A DNA stretch of 63,790 bases, counting the filler. It is 7 parts of 7 records of this genome, joined end to end, with 100 filler letters (N's around TTAATTAATTAA, not from the genome) between each part and the next. Parts side by side here need not be neighbours in the genome. Positions count along the whole stretch, not along the records: positions 52,854 to 58,658 come from SRR31147125_1592; positions 58,759 to 63,790 come from SRR31147125_1692; 5 more parts are not named here. One strand, written 5' to 3'. Shown in pieces: positions 53,065-63,790 of this stretch. Positions within the stretch are counted from its first letter, which is position 1, and each line of letters starts with the position of its first letter. Position numbers and translations under genes: made by a program. The notes beneath the pieces are model-generated. The model had not been told where the DNA came from. It saw only the letters and a list, made by a program, of their open reading frames with translations, and made no database searches.

Positions 53065-53982
53065 TTGTTAAAGGTATTTTCAAAATTTCAAAAAGGATTG
53101 GTCAAAACAAGATCCGGCCTGGTTGACAGTATCCAAAAAGTTGTAACGAAAACAAAAAAAATTGATGAACAAGTTCTTGAGGAACTTGAGGAAGCTCTCA
53201 TTCTTGGCGATGTTGGGCTGGAAACAACCGATGTCATTATCGAAGATCTTCGTGAAACCATAAAAGGGAATAGCTCGAATGATCTCGAATCAATTATAAC
53301 CATCCTAAAAGAAGAGTTAATTAAAAACCTTCAGGACGCTTCTTCGTCCTCCATAAATTTTGACCAACATAAACCACATATTATAAGCGTTGTTGGAGTC
53401 AATGGAACCGGAAAAACAACAACAATCGGTAAATTAGCCCGGCGATTCCAGGCTGATGGCAAAAAAGTCTTGCTTGTCGCTGCAGATACGTTTCGCGCTG
53501 CGGCCATTGATCAACTGAATATCTGGGCAAAACGATCCAATGTGGACATCGTTCATACTCAACAAGGTGCCGATCCGGCTGCCATCGTTTTTGATGCTGT
53601 AAAGGCAGCAATGAATCGTTCTGTTGATGTGGTCATAATTGATACGGCAGGTCGTCTTCATACCAAAGCAAATCTGATGGCAGAACTTGGTAAAATTCAC
53701 CGCGTATTGCAGCGACAAATACCGGATGCACCTCATGATGTATTTTTGGTCATGGATGCAACGACCGGTCAAAATGGATTATCTCAAGCTATAAAGTTTG
53801 CCGAAGCCGTAAATGTAACAGGCCTTGTATTAACAAAACTGGATGGAACGGCAAAAGGGGGCATTGTGTTCTCTATTAAAAACAAGCTAAACATCCCTGT
53901 TAAATTTATCGGCGTGGGAGAACAAATTGATGATATAGAAGAATTTGATCCCACATTATTTGTAGAGGCTTTATTTCAGTGA
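53065..53982 (+). CDS. ftsY: Signal recognition particle receptor
   Basis: [22 protein letters not shown] and [10 protein letters not shown]. Confidence 0.97.
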   Translation: MLKVFSKFQKGLVKTRSGLVDSIQKVVTKTKKIDEQVLEELEEALILGDVGLETTDVIIEDLRETIKGNSSNDLESIITILKEELIKNLQDASSSSINFDQHKPHIISVVGVNGTGKTTTIGKLARRFQADGKKVLLVAADTFRAAAIDQLNIWAKRSNVDIVHTQQGADPAAIVFDAVKAAMNRSVDVVIIDTAGRLHTKANLMAELGKIHRVLQRQIPDAPHDVFLVMDATTGQNGLSQAIKFAEAVNVTGLVLTKLDGTAKGGIVFSIKNKLNIPVKFIGVGEQIDDIEEFDPTLFVEALFQ

Positions 53983-55261
53983 AAATTTCTTTTACAAGTC
54001 TGGGTTGCCCCAAAAACGCGGTAGATCTTGAAATGATCCTTGGTAGCCTCGGAGATCATATTGAGATAATTAACAACCCGAAAAAGGCTGACGCTATTAT
54101 TATTAACACATGCGCCTTTATAACGTCCGCAAAGCAAGAAGCCATCGATACCATCTTTGCCGCTCTTCAAATCAAAAAAAGAATCCACACTTTAAAGTGT
54201 TGGTCACAGGATGTCTACCTCAAAGATATCAGCAGGTTCTGGCGGATGAATTGTATGAGGTTGATGCCTTTTTCGATTCACGTGATCCGCTTGTTACGGC
54301 AAATCAAATCAAAGAGTTTTTTGGGGATAAAGTAGATACGACACAAACCCGTAAACTTTTAACACCATCACATTACGCGTATCTTCAAATTTCCTCAGGA
54401 TGTAACAATCGCTGTAGCTATTGTGCTATCCCTTTAATTAAAGGATCCTATTCAAGCCGAAATTTCAAGGATATTTTGTCTGAAGCGAAAATGCTTGCAC
54501 AAAATGGAGTACGAGAGTTAATTCTGATCGCTCAGGATACCACATTTTATGGTCGTGATCTTACAAACGGTCACTCGTTGTCTGAATTGTTAGCAGCTTT
54601 GAATGACATTCCACAATTTAACTGGATTCGACTTTTATATACTCATCCTGCACACTGGAATGATAAATTAATAGACTCTTTTGTCAATTTGGACAAGGTG
54701 GTTAAATATATAGACCTGCCCATTCAACACATTTCCGACAGAATATTACAAAAAATGGGACGACATATATCGGAAAACGAGTTGAGGAGTCTTGTTGACA
54801 AATTGCGTTCCCGCATTCCGGATTTGAAATTACGGACTTCATTAATTGTTGGATTTCCAGGAGAAACAAAAGCTGAATTTCAACATCTCGTTTCTTTTGT
54901 AGAAAAGACTCAATTCGAACGACTCGGAGTGTTTAGCTACTCTTCAGAAGAAGGCACCTCAGCCTATGACCTGACCGATGATGTACCGGAAAACACAAAA
55001 GCAGCCAGACAAGAGGAAATAATGGAAATTCAGACAGATATCTCCGAAAAGTTAAATAAAAATTTAATAGGACAGGATCTGGACGTTGTGATTGATGAAT
55101 TAGATCACGATACAAATCAGGCAATAGCCCGAACCAAATGGGATGCACCTGAAATCGATAATTCGGTAATCCTAACTTTACCTCAAAAAATCGGTGACTT
55201 TAAAAAGGTGAAAATTACCACAGCAGATGTTTATGATCTATATGCTGAAAATATTTCCTAA
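53979..55261 (+). CDS. rimO: Ribosomal protein S12 methylthiotransferase (frameshift at A7 54174-54180)
   Basis: SLGCPKN, INTCAFI, GCLPQRY, CxxxCxxC (CNNRCSYC), [14 protein letters not shown] and DAPEID. Confidence 0.93.
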
Positions 55262-55478
55262 TGCAGTATTTTTCTTTTTGAGATACTATTAATATCAGGT
55301 ACAGGGAACATTTTTTATTTAAAAAAATTTAAAATGATATTACGACTATATTTTTTTCATAATATAATTAAATAAACGTTTGATCTTTATGATGAAATAT
55401 TAACTTGAATAATATAGTTTAACGAAAAGAAAACAAACGACATCCTGGCATGAAAGTCTTTTCTTGAAAGGACATAAA

Positions 55479-56776
55479 ATGTTCAAGTGTAATTCTTGTT
55501 TTAAAGCACTATTATTTTTGGGTTTTCTATTCACCATTCCTCTTTTAGCCCAGACGGAAATGGCCTATCAAGGCGACCCGAATGGTCCCAAATTCCATTT
55601 TGACGCAACCGATGCTGCCAATATGGATGACTTTTCTGAGACCAAACTCAATACATACTTTGAAATCATGTATGACGAGCTTCAATTTGTCAAAGCTGAT
55701 GATGGATTCGATGCCAATTATGAAATTTCCATTGTCATTTTCGATAAAGATGGAGACCAGGCTGATGGTAATATTTGGAAGGAAAATATTCACGTTGAAA
55801 AGTTCGACCTGACCAATAGCAGAACCCATTATTTCCTTTCCAATGCCACTTTTACGCTGGAACCTGGTGATTATAAAATTTCCGTTGCTGTTCAGGATCT
55901 GGAGTCTGGACTGTCAACAACCCAAAAAGGATCAGTTAAAATAACCGATTACTCTAAAGATAAAATAAATCTAAGCGATATTATTCTTGTCAATAAGGTC
56001 ATGTATGACTCTATGGGTATTAAAAGCATCCGTCCCGAGGTCTCTGATATACGCAAGGGTGTCAGCAAAAGCGTGTCTGCTTATTATGAAATTTACAATC
56101 CTAATCAGGTAGATGAAGCCAACATAGAATACGAACTGCGAGGTCAAAACACAAAAACCAGAATAAAGAAAAGTTCTAAAGTTGATCTCAATGGCCTTTT
56201 CACACCAGGTATTATTGAAATTCCCACAGACAGTCTACCCCATGATGTATATAACCTGGCATTAAAAATAAAAACAAAAAAGAACAAGGCCGAAAAAAAG
56301 AAAAATTTTATATTCGCTACTCAGGCCTTCCAACGACAACCGCGGATCTGAAAACAGCTATCGAACAGGTGAGATACATTGCCACCAGGGAAGAGTGGAA
56401 ACGTTTAAAAAAATCAAAGGATGACAAAAAGCTGGAAGAGTTTAAAGAGTTTTGGTTAAGACATGATCCAACCCCGGGAACGGAAGTGAATGAAGCAATG
56501 GATGCTCACTATGCTCGGGTTGAATACGCAAATCATAACTTTAACGCAATGCAGCGTGATGGCTGGAAAACAGATATGGGAATGATCTATATCATGCTCG
56601 GCGCTCCGGATGATGTCGTACGCGAACCATTCCCGAGCTATTCAAATTCATGGGAAGTATGGTCTTATTATCGCTTTAACCGCAAATTTCAATTTTATGA
56701 CCATACTGGCTTTGGTGAATTTCGTCTGGCCACACCCTTTTCGATTTATGAAATTCAACGATATTTGAGAAAATGA
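55479..56776 (+). CDS. GWxTD-domain secreted protein (frameshift in the A-rich run at ~56293-56305)
   Basis: Signal peptide; restored FYIRYSGLP…AIEQVRYIA; FW..HDPTPGT..NE, RVEYAN and GWKTDMGMIYIMLGAPD. Confidence 0.88.
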
Positions 56777-57072
56777 TCACCCGGGCTATCTTCAGAATCT
56801 CACATCATTTTCTTTTATTCAATTTGTAATCGTCACGAGTATGGATCCATTTTTTGACTTATTTCCTGTTTCAATCGTTTCTTATCAGGTTGAAATCTAT
56901 CTGTTTTTAACAAAATGATTCTTGCCTGAATCTTCATCGTCCACCCCTTAAATATTTGCTAATAATCTATTTTTTTATTATATTAATAATTAGTATAGTA
57001 TATTTATAGCTTATTAATAAACCAGTCCATGTTTTATCTAAACATAAAGAGTTAATAAATACGGTTCTTTCT

Positions 57073-58032
57073 TTGAAAACAATCATTCCGCAAAGACTCA
57101 GACCTAACGATTTGATTGGTGTCGTATCACCAGCAAGTACTTTGACAAATGAAAAAAAAGAACACTACTTTAAAGGTCTTGACTATCTTCGTGGCTGCGG
57201 ATACCGTGTACTTGAAGGTCATAATGTATTAAAAAAACATGGCTATTTGGCTGGTACGGATTCAGAGCGCATTGATGACCTAAACGCGATGTTTAAAAAT
57301 TCAGCGATCAACGCTATTTTTTGCTCTCGTGGCGGATATGGTACTCCCAGGTTATTAGATAAAATTGATTTTCAGACATTAGAGAAAAATCCTAAAATCA
57401 TTTTAGGGTATAGCGACATTACAAGTCTGCAATTAGCCATTTTTGCAAAAACAGGTATGGTCACCTACTCCGGGCCTATGGTCGCTATTGAAATGGGTAA
57501 AGGTATTTCACCCTTTACTGAAAAAGCGTTATGGCAAATGCTGACGGAAGCAAAACTCCACTCTCTACCGGCCACATCGGCTCATCACGTCCCTCATATC
57601 TTTCACAATGGTGTAGCAGAGGGATATCTATTGGGTGGCTGTCTTCCGCTGGTTGTCTCGTTAATTGGGACTCCCTATCTTCCCGATATGAACAAGGCTA
57701 TTCTAATATTGGAAGATATTGGTGAAGATGTTTATCGATTGGATCGATATTTTTCTCAATTACGAAACTCTGGTATATTGCATCAAATAAATGGACTTGT
57801 GCTGGGACAATTTATTAATTGTCCGTCAGAAAAAAATGCTGTAGATAATTCATTGTCACTCATGGATGTTATAAACGAGTTCACTTATGATCTTGATATC
57901 CCTATTATCGGAAATTATCCATACGGGCATAGTGATGACAAATATACGCTACCTGTGGGGATTAAAGTTAAGCTGGACACATATCACAGCAGTCTCTTTT
58001 TAATGGAACCTGGAGTACAAAATGCAGCATAA
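57073..58032 (+). CDS. LD-carboxypeptidase (peptidase S66)
   Basis: GVVSPAS, RGGYG, GYSDIT, LEDIGE and YGH. Confidence 0.93.
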   Translation: MKTIIPQRLRPNDLIGVVSPASTLTNEKKEHYFKGLDYLRGCGYRVLEGHNVLKKHGYLAGTDSERIDDLNAMFKNSAINAIFCSRGGYGTPRLLDKIDFQTLEKNPKIILGYSDITSLQLAIFAKTGMVTYSGPMVAIEMGKGISPFTEKALWQMLTEAKLHSLPATSAHHVPHIFHNGVAEGYLLGGCLPLVVSLIGTPYLPDMNKAILILEDIGEDVYRLDRYFSQLRNSGILHQINGLVLGQFINCPSEKNAVDNSLSLMDVINEFTYDLDIPIIGNYPYGHSDDKYTLPVGIKVKLDTYHSSLFLMEPGVQNAA

Positions 58033-58658
58033 TGTTGAACAATTAAAAGTAGCTGTTTTTGCATCAGGTCGTGGTTCTAACTTTCAGGCCATCCTGGAAA
58101 ATATTAATAAAGGTACGCTCAACGCAAAAATTGTATGTGTTGTGAGCAATCGATCTAACTCCGGTGCACTGGAAACAGCAAGAACGTTTAAAATTCCGGA
58201 TTATTTTATTACAGACAAACAATTTGAGACTGAAACGGATTATGAAGAACAACTTTTAGCTTTGTTGAAAAAACATAATACGCAGCTCATCGTGCTGGCC
58301 GGATATATGAAAAAAATACCCTCCTCTCTTATTCACGAGTATAAGCATCGAATCTTAAACATCCATCCAGCCCTGTTACCTTCGTTTGGAGGTAAAGGCA
58401 TGTATGGACATTTCGTACATGAAGCGGTTCTTAACTATGGCTGTAAAATTTCAGGTGCCACAGTTCACCTGGTTGATGAAGATTACGATACAGGCGCACC
58501 CATCATACAGGAAACAGTTCCGGTATTAGAAGACGATACACCCGACATTCTGGCGCAACGGGTATTACAAATCGAACATAAAATATATTCAAAAGCCATC
58601 CAACTGTTTGCGGAAAACAGAATTCAAATTAAGGGCAGACAGGTAGCGATTTTAAAAA
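58022..58658 (+). CDS. purN: Phosphoribosylglycinamide formyltransferase (stop codon lost in gap)
   Basis: ASGRGSNFQA, LAGYM, NIHPALLP and GATVHLVDEDYDTG. Confidence 0.96.
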
Positions 58659-59045
58659 NNNNNNNNNNNNNNNNNNNNNNNNNNNNNNNNNNNNNNNNNN
58701 NNTTAATTAATTAANNNNNNNNNNNNNNNNNNNNNNNNNNNNNNNNNNNNNNNNNNNNTTTTTCCGGACGTGCTTTCATTCTCAAACACAGCACGCCGTT
58801 CACTGAAAAAACATCAACATTTCATCCACTGACTCATACACAAACCAATTCCGTCGAACAGGCCGCCTTCCTTTAATCTGATGCGCCAAATCTTGTTGCT
58901 GCCGTCATATTCAAAAAGATCCTGAAACTCTGGGTAAAATTCGTAGTTCATCATCGTGCATTCCCCCTGTGTCGATCAATGCTTTTAAATGGGTTTGGTG
59001 ATTGGCCCTCACATTAGAAGATAGTTTCACAGATCCGGTCACTCG

Positions 59046-59070
59046 AAGCGCAGCTAACAGCGCTTTTTTT
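59046..59070 (+). terminator. Terminator-like hairpin upstream of the IHF/HU gene
   Basis: AAGCGC-AGCTAACA-GCGCTT followed by a T-run. Confidence 0.45.
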
Positions 59071-59164
59071 ATCCCGATAAGCGATATGGTGGCTTAATAG
59101 CTTGACAGGTTTGGACTGAAATATTTAGATATTATTTAAATACAAATTGTTATCAGGAGACACA

Positions 59165-59440
59165 ATGAACAAACTCGACCTCATCAAAGCCTTGAAAGAT
59201 TCTCAAAACCTAAGCGGCCCAGAAGCCACCAAATGTTTCAACATCTTTTTCGATTCTATAATCGAAGCGCTTGCAAATGGTGACCGCGTTGAAATCCGTA
59301 GACTGTGCAGCATACACGTAAAAGAATATGAACCCTATGTGGGGCGCAATCCAAAAACTGGCGAACCTGTTAAGGTGAATCCGAAAAAGCTGCCGTTTTT
59401 CAAGGCAGGTACGGAGCTGAAGCGGCGGGTGGATCGATAA
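59165..59440 (+). CDS. IHF-beta/HU-family DNA-binding protein
   Basis: MNKLDLI, GDRVEIR, GRNPKTGE and PFFKAGTELK; AGGAGA RBS. Confidence 0.92.
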   Translation: MNKLDLIKALKDSQNLSGPEATKCFNIFFDSIIEALANGDRVEIRRLCSIHVKEYEPYVGRNPKTGEPVKVNPKKLPFFKAGTELKRRVDR

Positions 59441-59572
59441 AGGAGCAGATCAATAAGTTCAGGTCATCAAGTTTGTTGGAACCTGAAACCTTTATGTTTT
59501 CGAAACCAAAATGTTTTATCTTATTTATAAAGGTTGCCGTGAGCCTTCCTCGAATCAGGAAAGGTGGCCAAA

Positions 59573-60669
59573 ATGACATCGAAACCATCCTACGAAGATT
59601 TGGAGCAAAGGATCGCAGCGTTGGAAAAACAGCTGGAAACCACAGAACATTTCTATACCAACATCCTGAACAGCATTCCGGACATCATCTTCGTCAAAGA
59701 CGACAGTCATCGCTGGACCTTATTAATGACGCCTCTTGCCAAGTTCTCGGCCACGATAGGGACGAACTGATCGGCAAAACCGATTATGATTTTCATTCGA
59801 AAGAGCGGGCCGATGAGTATTGGGAGAAGGACAATGAAGTGCTCTATTCGGAAAGCCTCAACGTAAACGAGGAATTTATTACGGACGCTAAAGGAAAAGT
59901 TAAAACGATTCTAACCAAAAAATCCGTATTTAAGGATGATATCGGCAATAGATTCATCGTCGGCATCGCCCACGATATCACTGAACGAAAACTTGCCGAA
60001 CAAGCGCTGGCAGATTCGCAACGCCGCCTGGCCGACATTATCGAATTCTTGCCTGATTCAACATGGGTCATTGATATCGAAGGGCGCGTGGTGGCCTGGA
60101 ACCGGGCCGTCGAAAAGATGACCGGCATCAAAAAGAAGGATATTCTCGGAAAGGGAGATTATGCTTACTCCATTCCATTTTATGGAAACAGAAGACCCAC
60201 CCTTATCGATTTGGCATTAAAACGAGATAAAACATACGAAAACGAGTATCTATCCGTAAATGAGGATAATGGGAAGTTGATAGCCGGTGTCTCTTTCAAT
60301 CCATCTTTTGGAAAAGAGGGGACCTATCTTGAAGGCAAGGCCGCCAAACTCTGCGATTCGGACGGCAATGTGGTGGGTGCCATAGAATCGGTAAGGGATA
60401 TTTCCGCCATGAAGCTATCTGAAATTGAACGGGAGCGTTTGATTTCAGAATTGCAGGAAGCGCTGGACAACGTCCAGACGTTGAGTGGATTGTTACCAGT
60501 CTGTGCTTCTTGCAGAAGAATCCGAGACGATAAGGGTTATTGGGATCAAATTGAATCCTACATAAAGCGGCACACAGAAGTTCAATTCAGTCATGGAATT
60601 TGTCCAGAGTGCGCTGAAAGATTATACGGCGATCAGGAATGGTATAAAAAGCGGGAGCTTAAGGAATAG
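59573..60669 (+). CDS. Two-PAS sensor protein with C-terminal Cys/His motif and no catalytic output (frameshift ~59720)
   Basis: MTSKPSYEDLEQRI N-terminus; two PAS/PAC domains (HDITERK, RDISAMK); LSGLLPVCASCRRIRDDKGYW…FSHGICPEC. Confidence 0.85.
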
Positions 60670-60755
60670 ATATTTAATACACGAATGCCTTCAAGCATCT
60701 ATTCTTCCTGATTTTTCCGCACTCTCAATAACCTGAATGAAATGAAAGAGGACGA

Positions 60756-61190
60756 GTGCAAAAATCCGAACGATACGATCTTTCGATTCGCAAACTCATC
60801 GATCTGATTCTTCAAATGACGCCAGACGAGCGTGGCTTGCTACTTAATGAGGCAGAGCGAATTAAAACTAAGATACGTGCTGCACGCAGGAATTGCTGCA
60901 TGCCGATAGCCCTTCACTACGGCGAAGAGGTTCATACCGCCACAATTACCAACCTGAGCTTCACAGGTGCCTTCGTGGAAAGCTACATTCCAGTAAAAAT
61001 TGAAGATCCGGTCAAAATTGAATTTAAAAACGTCAATGGTTCACAGAACCTGATGTTGGGCGCCCGTATTATTCACGCCAACAAATGGGGAATCGGTATT
61101 CGTTTTAGCACAATACGTTCTTTGCAAGCCCGATTTCTGCAAAAATGCCTGGATCAATTTCGGGAATACGATTCCTATGATGCTTCATAA
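60756..61190 (+). CDS. PilZ-domain protein
   Basis: RxxxR (RAARR), NxSxxG (NLSFTG) and GIGIRF. Confidence 0.85.
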   Translation: MQKSERYDLSIRKLIDLILQMTPDERGLLLNEAERIKTKIRAARRNCCMPIALHYGEEVHTATITNLSFTGAFVESYIPVKIEDPVKIEFKNVNGSQNLMLGARIIHANKWGIGIRFSTIRSLQARFLQKCLDQFREYDSYDAS

Positions 61191-61242
61191 ACACAATTGA
61201 GCAAATCAGCCGCAAAAGAAAAGAAAGATAATGATTGGCCCT

Positions 61243-62180
61243 TTAAAGATCCGTATATTTTCTTTTCCCAATAAGGCTCAAACATAAATCACGATAAATG
61301 CTTTTATCGAATTTTCCCTCTGTAAGAGTTTCATCCTGGATTATTTTCAGCGCACCAAAAGGTTTTTCTTTTTCCTGTGTCGCTTTTCAGTATTGGTTAA
61401 ACTATCGAAACAGTCCAGCATGCCGACCAAACCACCTTCGAATGTAATATTGGATATTCCTCTCGGGTATCCTTGACCGTCCAGTCGCTCATGGTGTTCA
61501 AGCACCCCTAATACAATTGAGGGGTCTATGTGATTGTTTTCTCTTATTAAATCATGCCCCAATGATGGATGCGTGCGGAATTTGACAAATTCAGTGTTCG
61601 TCAACTTTCTGGCCGAACCGGTTATCGCTTTCGGAATCTTTGTTAATCCTATATCATGAAGCAACGCACACATACTCAAGTTTTTGGTCTCTTTTTCATC
61701 TAATCTATTGAAAATACAGTAGTTAAATACAAGCACCATCACATTGACCGAATGCTCAGCCAAAGTCGTTCCACCAAATTGCAATCCGTTGATCTCTCTT
61801 AATGCCCTGGCGCTGTCTGAGAATCCATCGTATATGATTTCAATGGTTTGCGGAAGTGCGCTTAGATTATCTCCAAGAGGCTCTTGGAATGATTCCTCTA
61901 CGATTTCACACAGAGCTGTCTTTATGCTCCTTAAATCTCCGGACTTCACTCTATCAATCAGCTTTTTTCTGAGTTGAGCTTGAAGTTCACTCAACGCATC
62001 CTCGCTTATCTCTTCTGAAATGAAAAGTTGGGGGCATTTATCTTCATGAAATCGTCTGAGGTCAATTTCAGTATTTTCCGCCTTATATAAAACGAAATTA
62101 CCGGCCGTATTTTCAATGTACAAAGGTGTTTTTGAGTAATGATAAATTTGAGATCTTCTAATTGGTACAAACCCGCTCAT
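61243..62180 (-). CDS. HD-GYP domain protein (frameshift ~61370; restored C-terminus EKPFGALKIIQDE…YTDL)
   Basis: HSVNV, LLHDIG, HP, HHERLDGQGYP and DCFDSLT. Confidence 0.88.
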
Positions 62181-62233
62181 TTTTCACCTCTGTAAAGAAT
62201 ATCTTGAGATCACGAAAAGAAAATGATGGCCTA

Positions 62234-63574
62234 TTATGTGTTGCAGTTTTCAGGGGCCTGGGGGAGGTATATATCCACCCGGGTTCCCTGATCGATCTTT
62301 GATTGTACTTTTATCCATCCGTTATGATTGTTGATAATACCGAACACCGCTGCCATGCTGAGCCCGCGTCCCTCGAATTTAGTGGAAAAAAAGGGTTCAA
62401 AAATGCGACGTGTGGTTTCTGGATCCATGCCTCGACCATCATCCCGAACACTCAGACAAAGATATTTACCGTCACGGGAATTTGAGTCATCATCCAACTG
62501 GCCGCCTTCGACAGACTTGGCACTGATCGTGATCGTTCCTTTGTTTTCGATAGCTTCGTTTGCATTTTCTACCGCAGCCAGAATAACCATGCGAAGTTGA
62601 ATGATATCCACCTCAACTGAAATAGCTTCGTCGACCGGAGCGATCAAAAGTGTCACCGAATCTTTAATCAATCTCTGGACGGCCGGACGCACCTCTTGCA
62701 AGATTTCTTTCAGGGATACAGTGCGCAAGATGAATTGGCCTCCTTGCGCATAGGCCAAAAGATTGTTGGTCAGATAGCACAATCGCTCAGTAACCGGACG
62801 GATATTATCAATATAGCCTGCCTCTTTTGAATCTGGTTGTAAACTCATGGATGCCAAATCAAGATATCCGATCATCGACGTTAAAGCATTGTTGAACTGG
62901 TGAGCAATGCCGCCTGCCAGCTTACCAATGGTCTCCATGTGTTGCGTCTGCATGAGCTGTTTTTCATATTTCAGCAGGCATTGATTCCTTTCTTCGACCG
63001 ATATTTCAAGGCCTCGAATCTCCTGTCTGAGCATGTTCGAATAGTTCAAGCTTTCAATGCAATTGGACGCATTGCGCAAAATGATCGACAGGATTTCCAA
63101 TGAGGCGTCCGGCAGCCGGCTTAACTGGGCGGGAAAGATTCCTATAAAAAGGCCTCTGATGCGAGAACACGTCGACATAACGTGTAAGAATACCTGGCGC
63201 CGGGCATTTTCGGAATAGAGCGAGATGCCTCGTCTCTCGCGAATCGCCCAAGACACACTTCCATTTTCGATCAAATAGTTGGACTCGCTTTCGACGGCTG
63301 GTTCAGCGCCGATTGGTGTGCAGGCAGCCAGTTTCAAATCGTCGGTTTCTTCTTCGACAAGGTAGATACCACTTGCTTCGAACTCGATTAATTTTTCAAT
63401 ACGCTCTGCTGCTTTAAGCACAACCATTTGGGTTGAGCTTTGGCAACCGACTTCTTTCTGAAAATCTCCTAAAGAAAGGGCAAGTTCGATAGCATTGTGA
63501 ATGAACAGCCGGCCTTTTTCATCTCCATTTGCGTGATGTAACTGATTTTCATGTTCTGTGATGGACTCCGGCAT
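62234..63574 (-). CDS. Cytoplasmic histidine kinase with GAF-like N-terminus
   Basis: IGKLAGGIAHQFNNAL, ENANEA, DDGRGM and IFEPFFSTK. Confidence 0.9.
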   Translation of the reverse strand: MPESITEHENQLHHANGDEKGRLFIHNAIELALSLGDFQKEVGCQSSTQMVVLKAAERIEKLIEFEASGIYLVEEETDDLKLAACTPIGAEPAVESESNYLIENGSVSWAIRERRGISLYSENARRQVFLHVMSTCSRIRGLFIGIFPAQLSRLPDASLEILSIILRNASNCIESLNYSNMLRQEIRGLEISVEERNQCLLKYEKQLMQTQHMETIGKLAGGIAHQFNNALTSMIGYLDLASMSLQPDSKEAGYIDNIRPVTERLCYLTNNLLAYAQGGQFILRTVSLKEILQEVRPAVQRLIKDSVTLLIAPVDEAISVEVDIIQLRMVILAAVENANEAIENKGTITISAKSVEGGQLDDDSNSRDGKYLCLSVRDDGRGMDPETTRRIFEPFFSTKFEGRGLSMAAVFGIINNHNGWIKVQSKIDQGTRVDIYLPQAPENCNT

Positions 63575-63579
63575 ATCGA

Positions 63580-63790
63580 TTAACCTTCAAAAATGACTTC
63601 AAGGGGCATCAGCTGTTGGGTTACCTGGCGAACCACCAAATGAATGGCATTGGCTGAGATGCCGATCTGATCCAACACCGTTGAATCAACGCAGGGAACG
63701 GATTGTTCACCGCTGCCGCCGATCCCCAGTCCATGTACGATGAGATCGGCCAATTGAATGATGCCGGACTTGATGGGGTCTGGTGACCTG
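63580..63790 (-). CDS. C-terminus of an HDOD-domain protein (not in ORF track; cut by window end)
   Basis: Open frame …IIQLADLIVHGLGIGGSGE…VIFEG*, ending just before the kinase start. Confidence 0.7.
   Translation of the reverse strand, partial: RSPDPIKSGIIQLADLIVHGLGIGGSGEQSVPCVDSTVLDQIGISANAIHLVVRQVTQQLMPLEVIFEG

Noticed and set aside
54174-54183. Programmed -1 frameshift in rimO (A AAA AAG-like run)
   Set aside because: Similar indels occur throughout the window, so homopolymer error is more parsimonious.
58759-58951. Short minus-strand ORF MMNYEFYPEFQDLFEYDGSNKIWRIRLK…
   Set aside because: May be real, but it is unrecognisable, probably frameshifted and near the gap; too weak to call.
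59473-59572. Track's N-terminus for the PAS protein, and other long alternative starts (6610, 30326, 37865, 38577)
   Set aside because: These arise from frameshifts or upstream TTG/GTG codons; the downstream ATGs fit RBS or family N-termini better.

Overview
This window is not one continuous genome. It is seven contigs joined by six artificial 100-nt spacers (N44-TTAATTAATTAA-N44), and gene style suggests several organisms; all lineage calls are impressions from protein similarity and base composition. (1) 1-8100, very AT-rich, Fusobacteriota/Clostridia-like: ROK kinase, phosphomannose isomerase, GGDEF sensor, psuK-psuG and a chemoreceptor. (2) 8201-16321: a TRAP/LacI/SDR/gnd sugar-acid operon, a MITE-like element, ferredoxin and a SpmA-like protein. 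(3) 16422-28823, deltaproteobacterial/Bdellovibrionota-like: glyQS, two lipoproteins with sigma54 promoter motifs, a YcbK peptidase, rho, a 1212-aa pseudokinase-TPR-degenerate sigma54-activator and an NtrC-type regulator. (4) 28924-44090, clostridial: DUF89 phosphatase, a decaying HK/HD-GYP pair, a rubrerythrin / rubredoxin-glutamate-synthase-like / cupin operon and a ccdA-tlpA-X-msrAB-RR-HK locus. (5) 44191-52753: sulfatase, two DUF2293 paralogues flanking a glycoside hydrolase, vapBC and an OmpR-type two-component system. (6) 52854-58658: ftsY, rimO, GWxTD protein, LD-carboxypeptidase and purN. (7) 58759-63790, Desulfobacterales-like: IHF/HU, PAS, PilZ, HD-GYP, histidine kinase and HDOD. About 14 single-base frameshifts, nearly all in homopolymers, look like sequencing error. 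No rRNA, tRNA or CRISPR array was seen. The best novelty candidates are the apparently catalytically dead sigma54-activator-like giant protein with its neighbouring sigma54 promoters, the rubrerythrin/Rd-GltB/cupin operon, and the Cys-rich lipoprotein inserted in the CcdA-TlpA-MsrAB operon.
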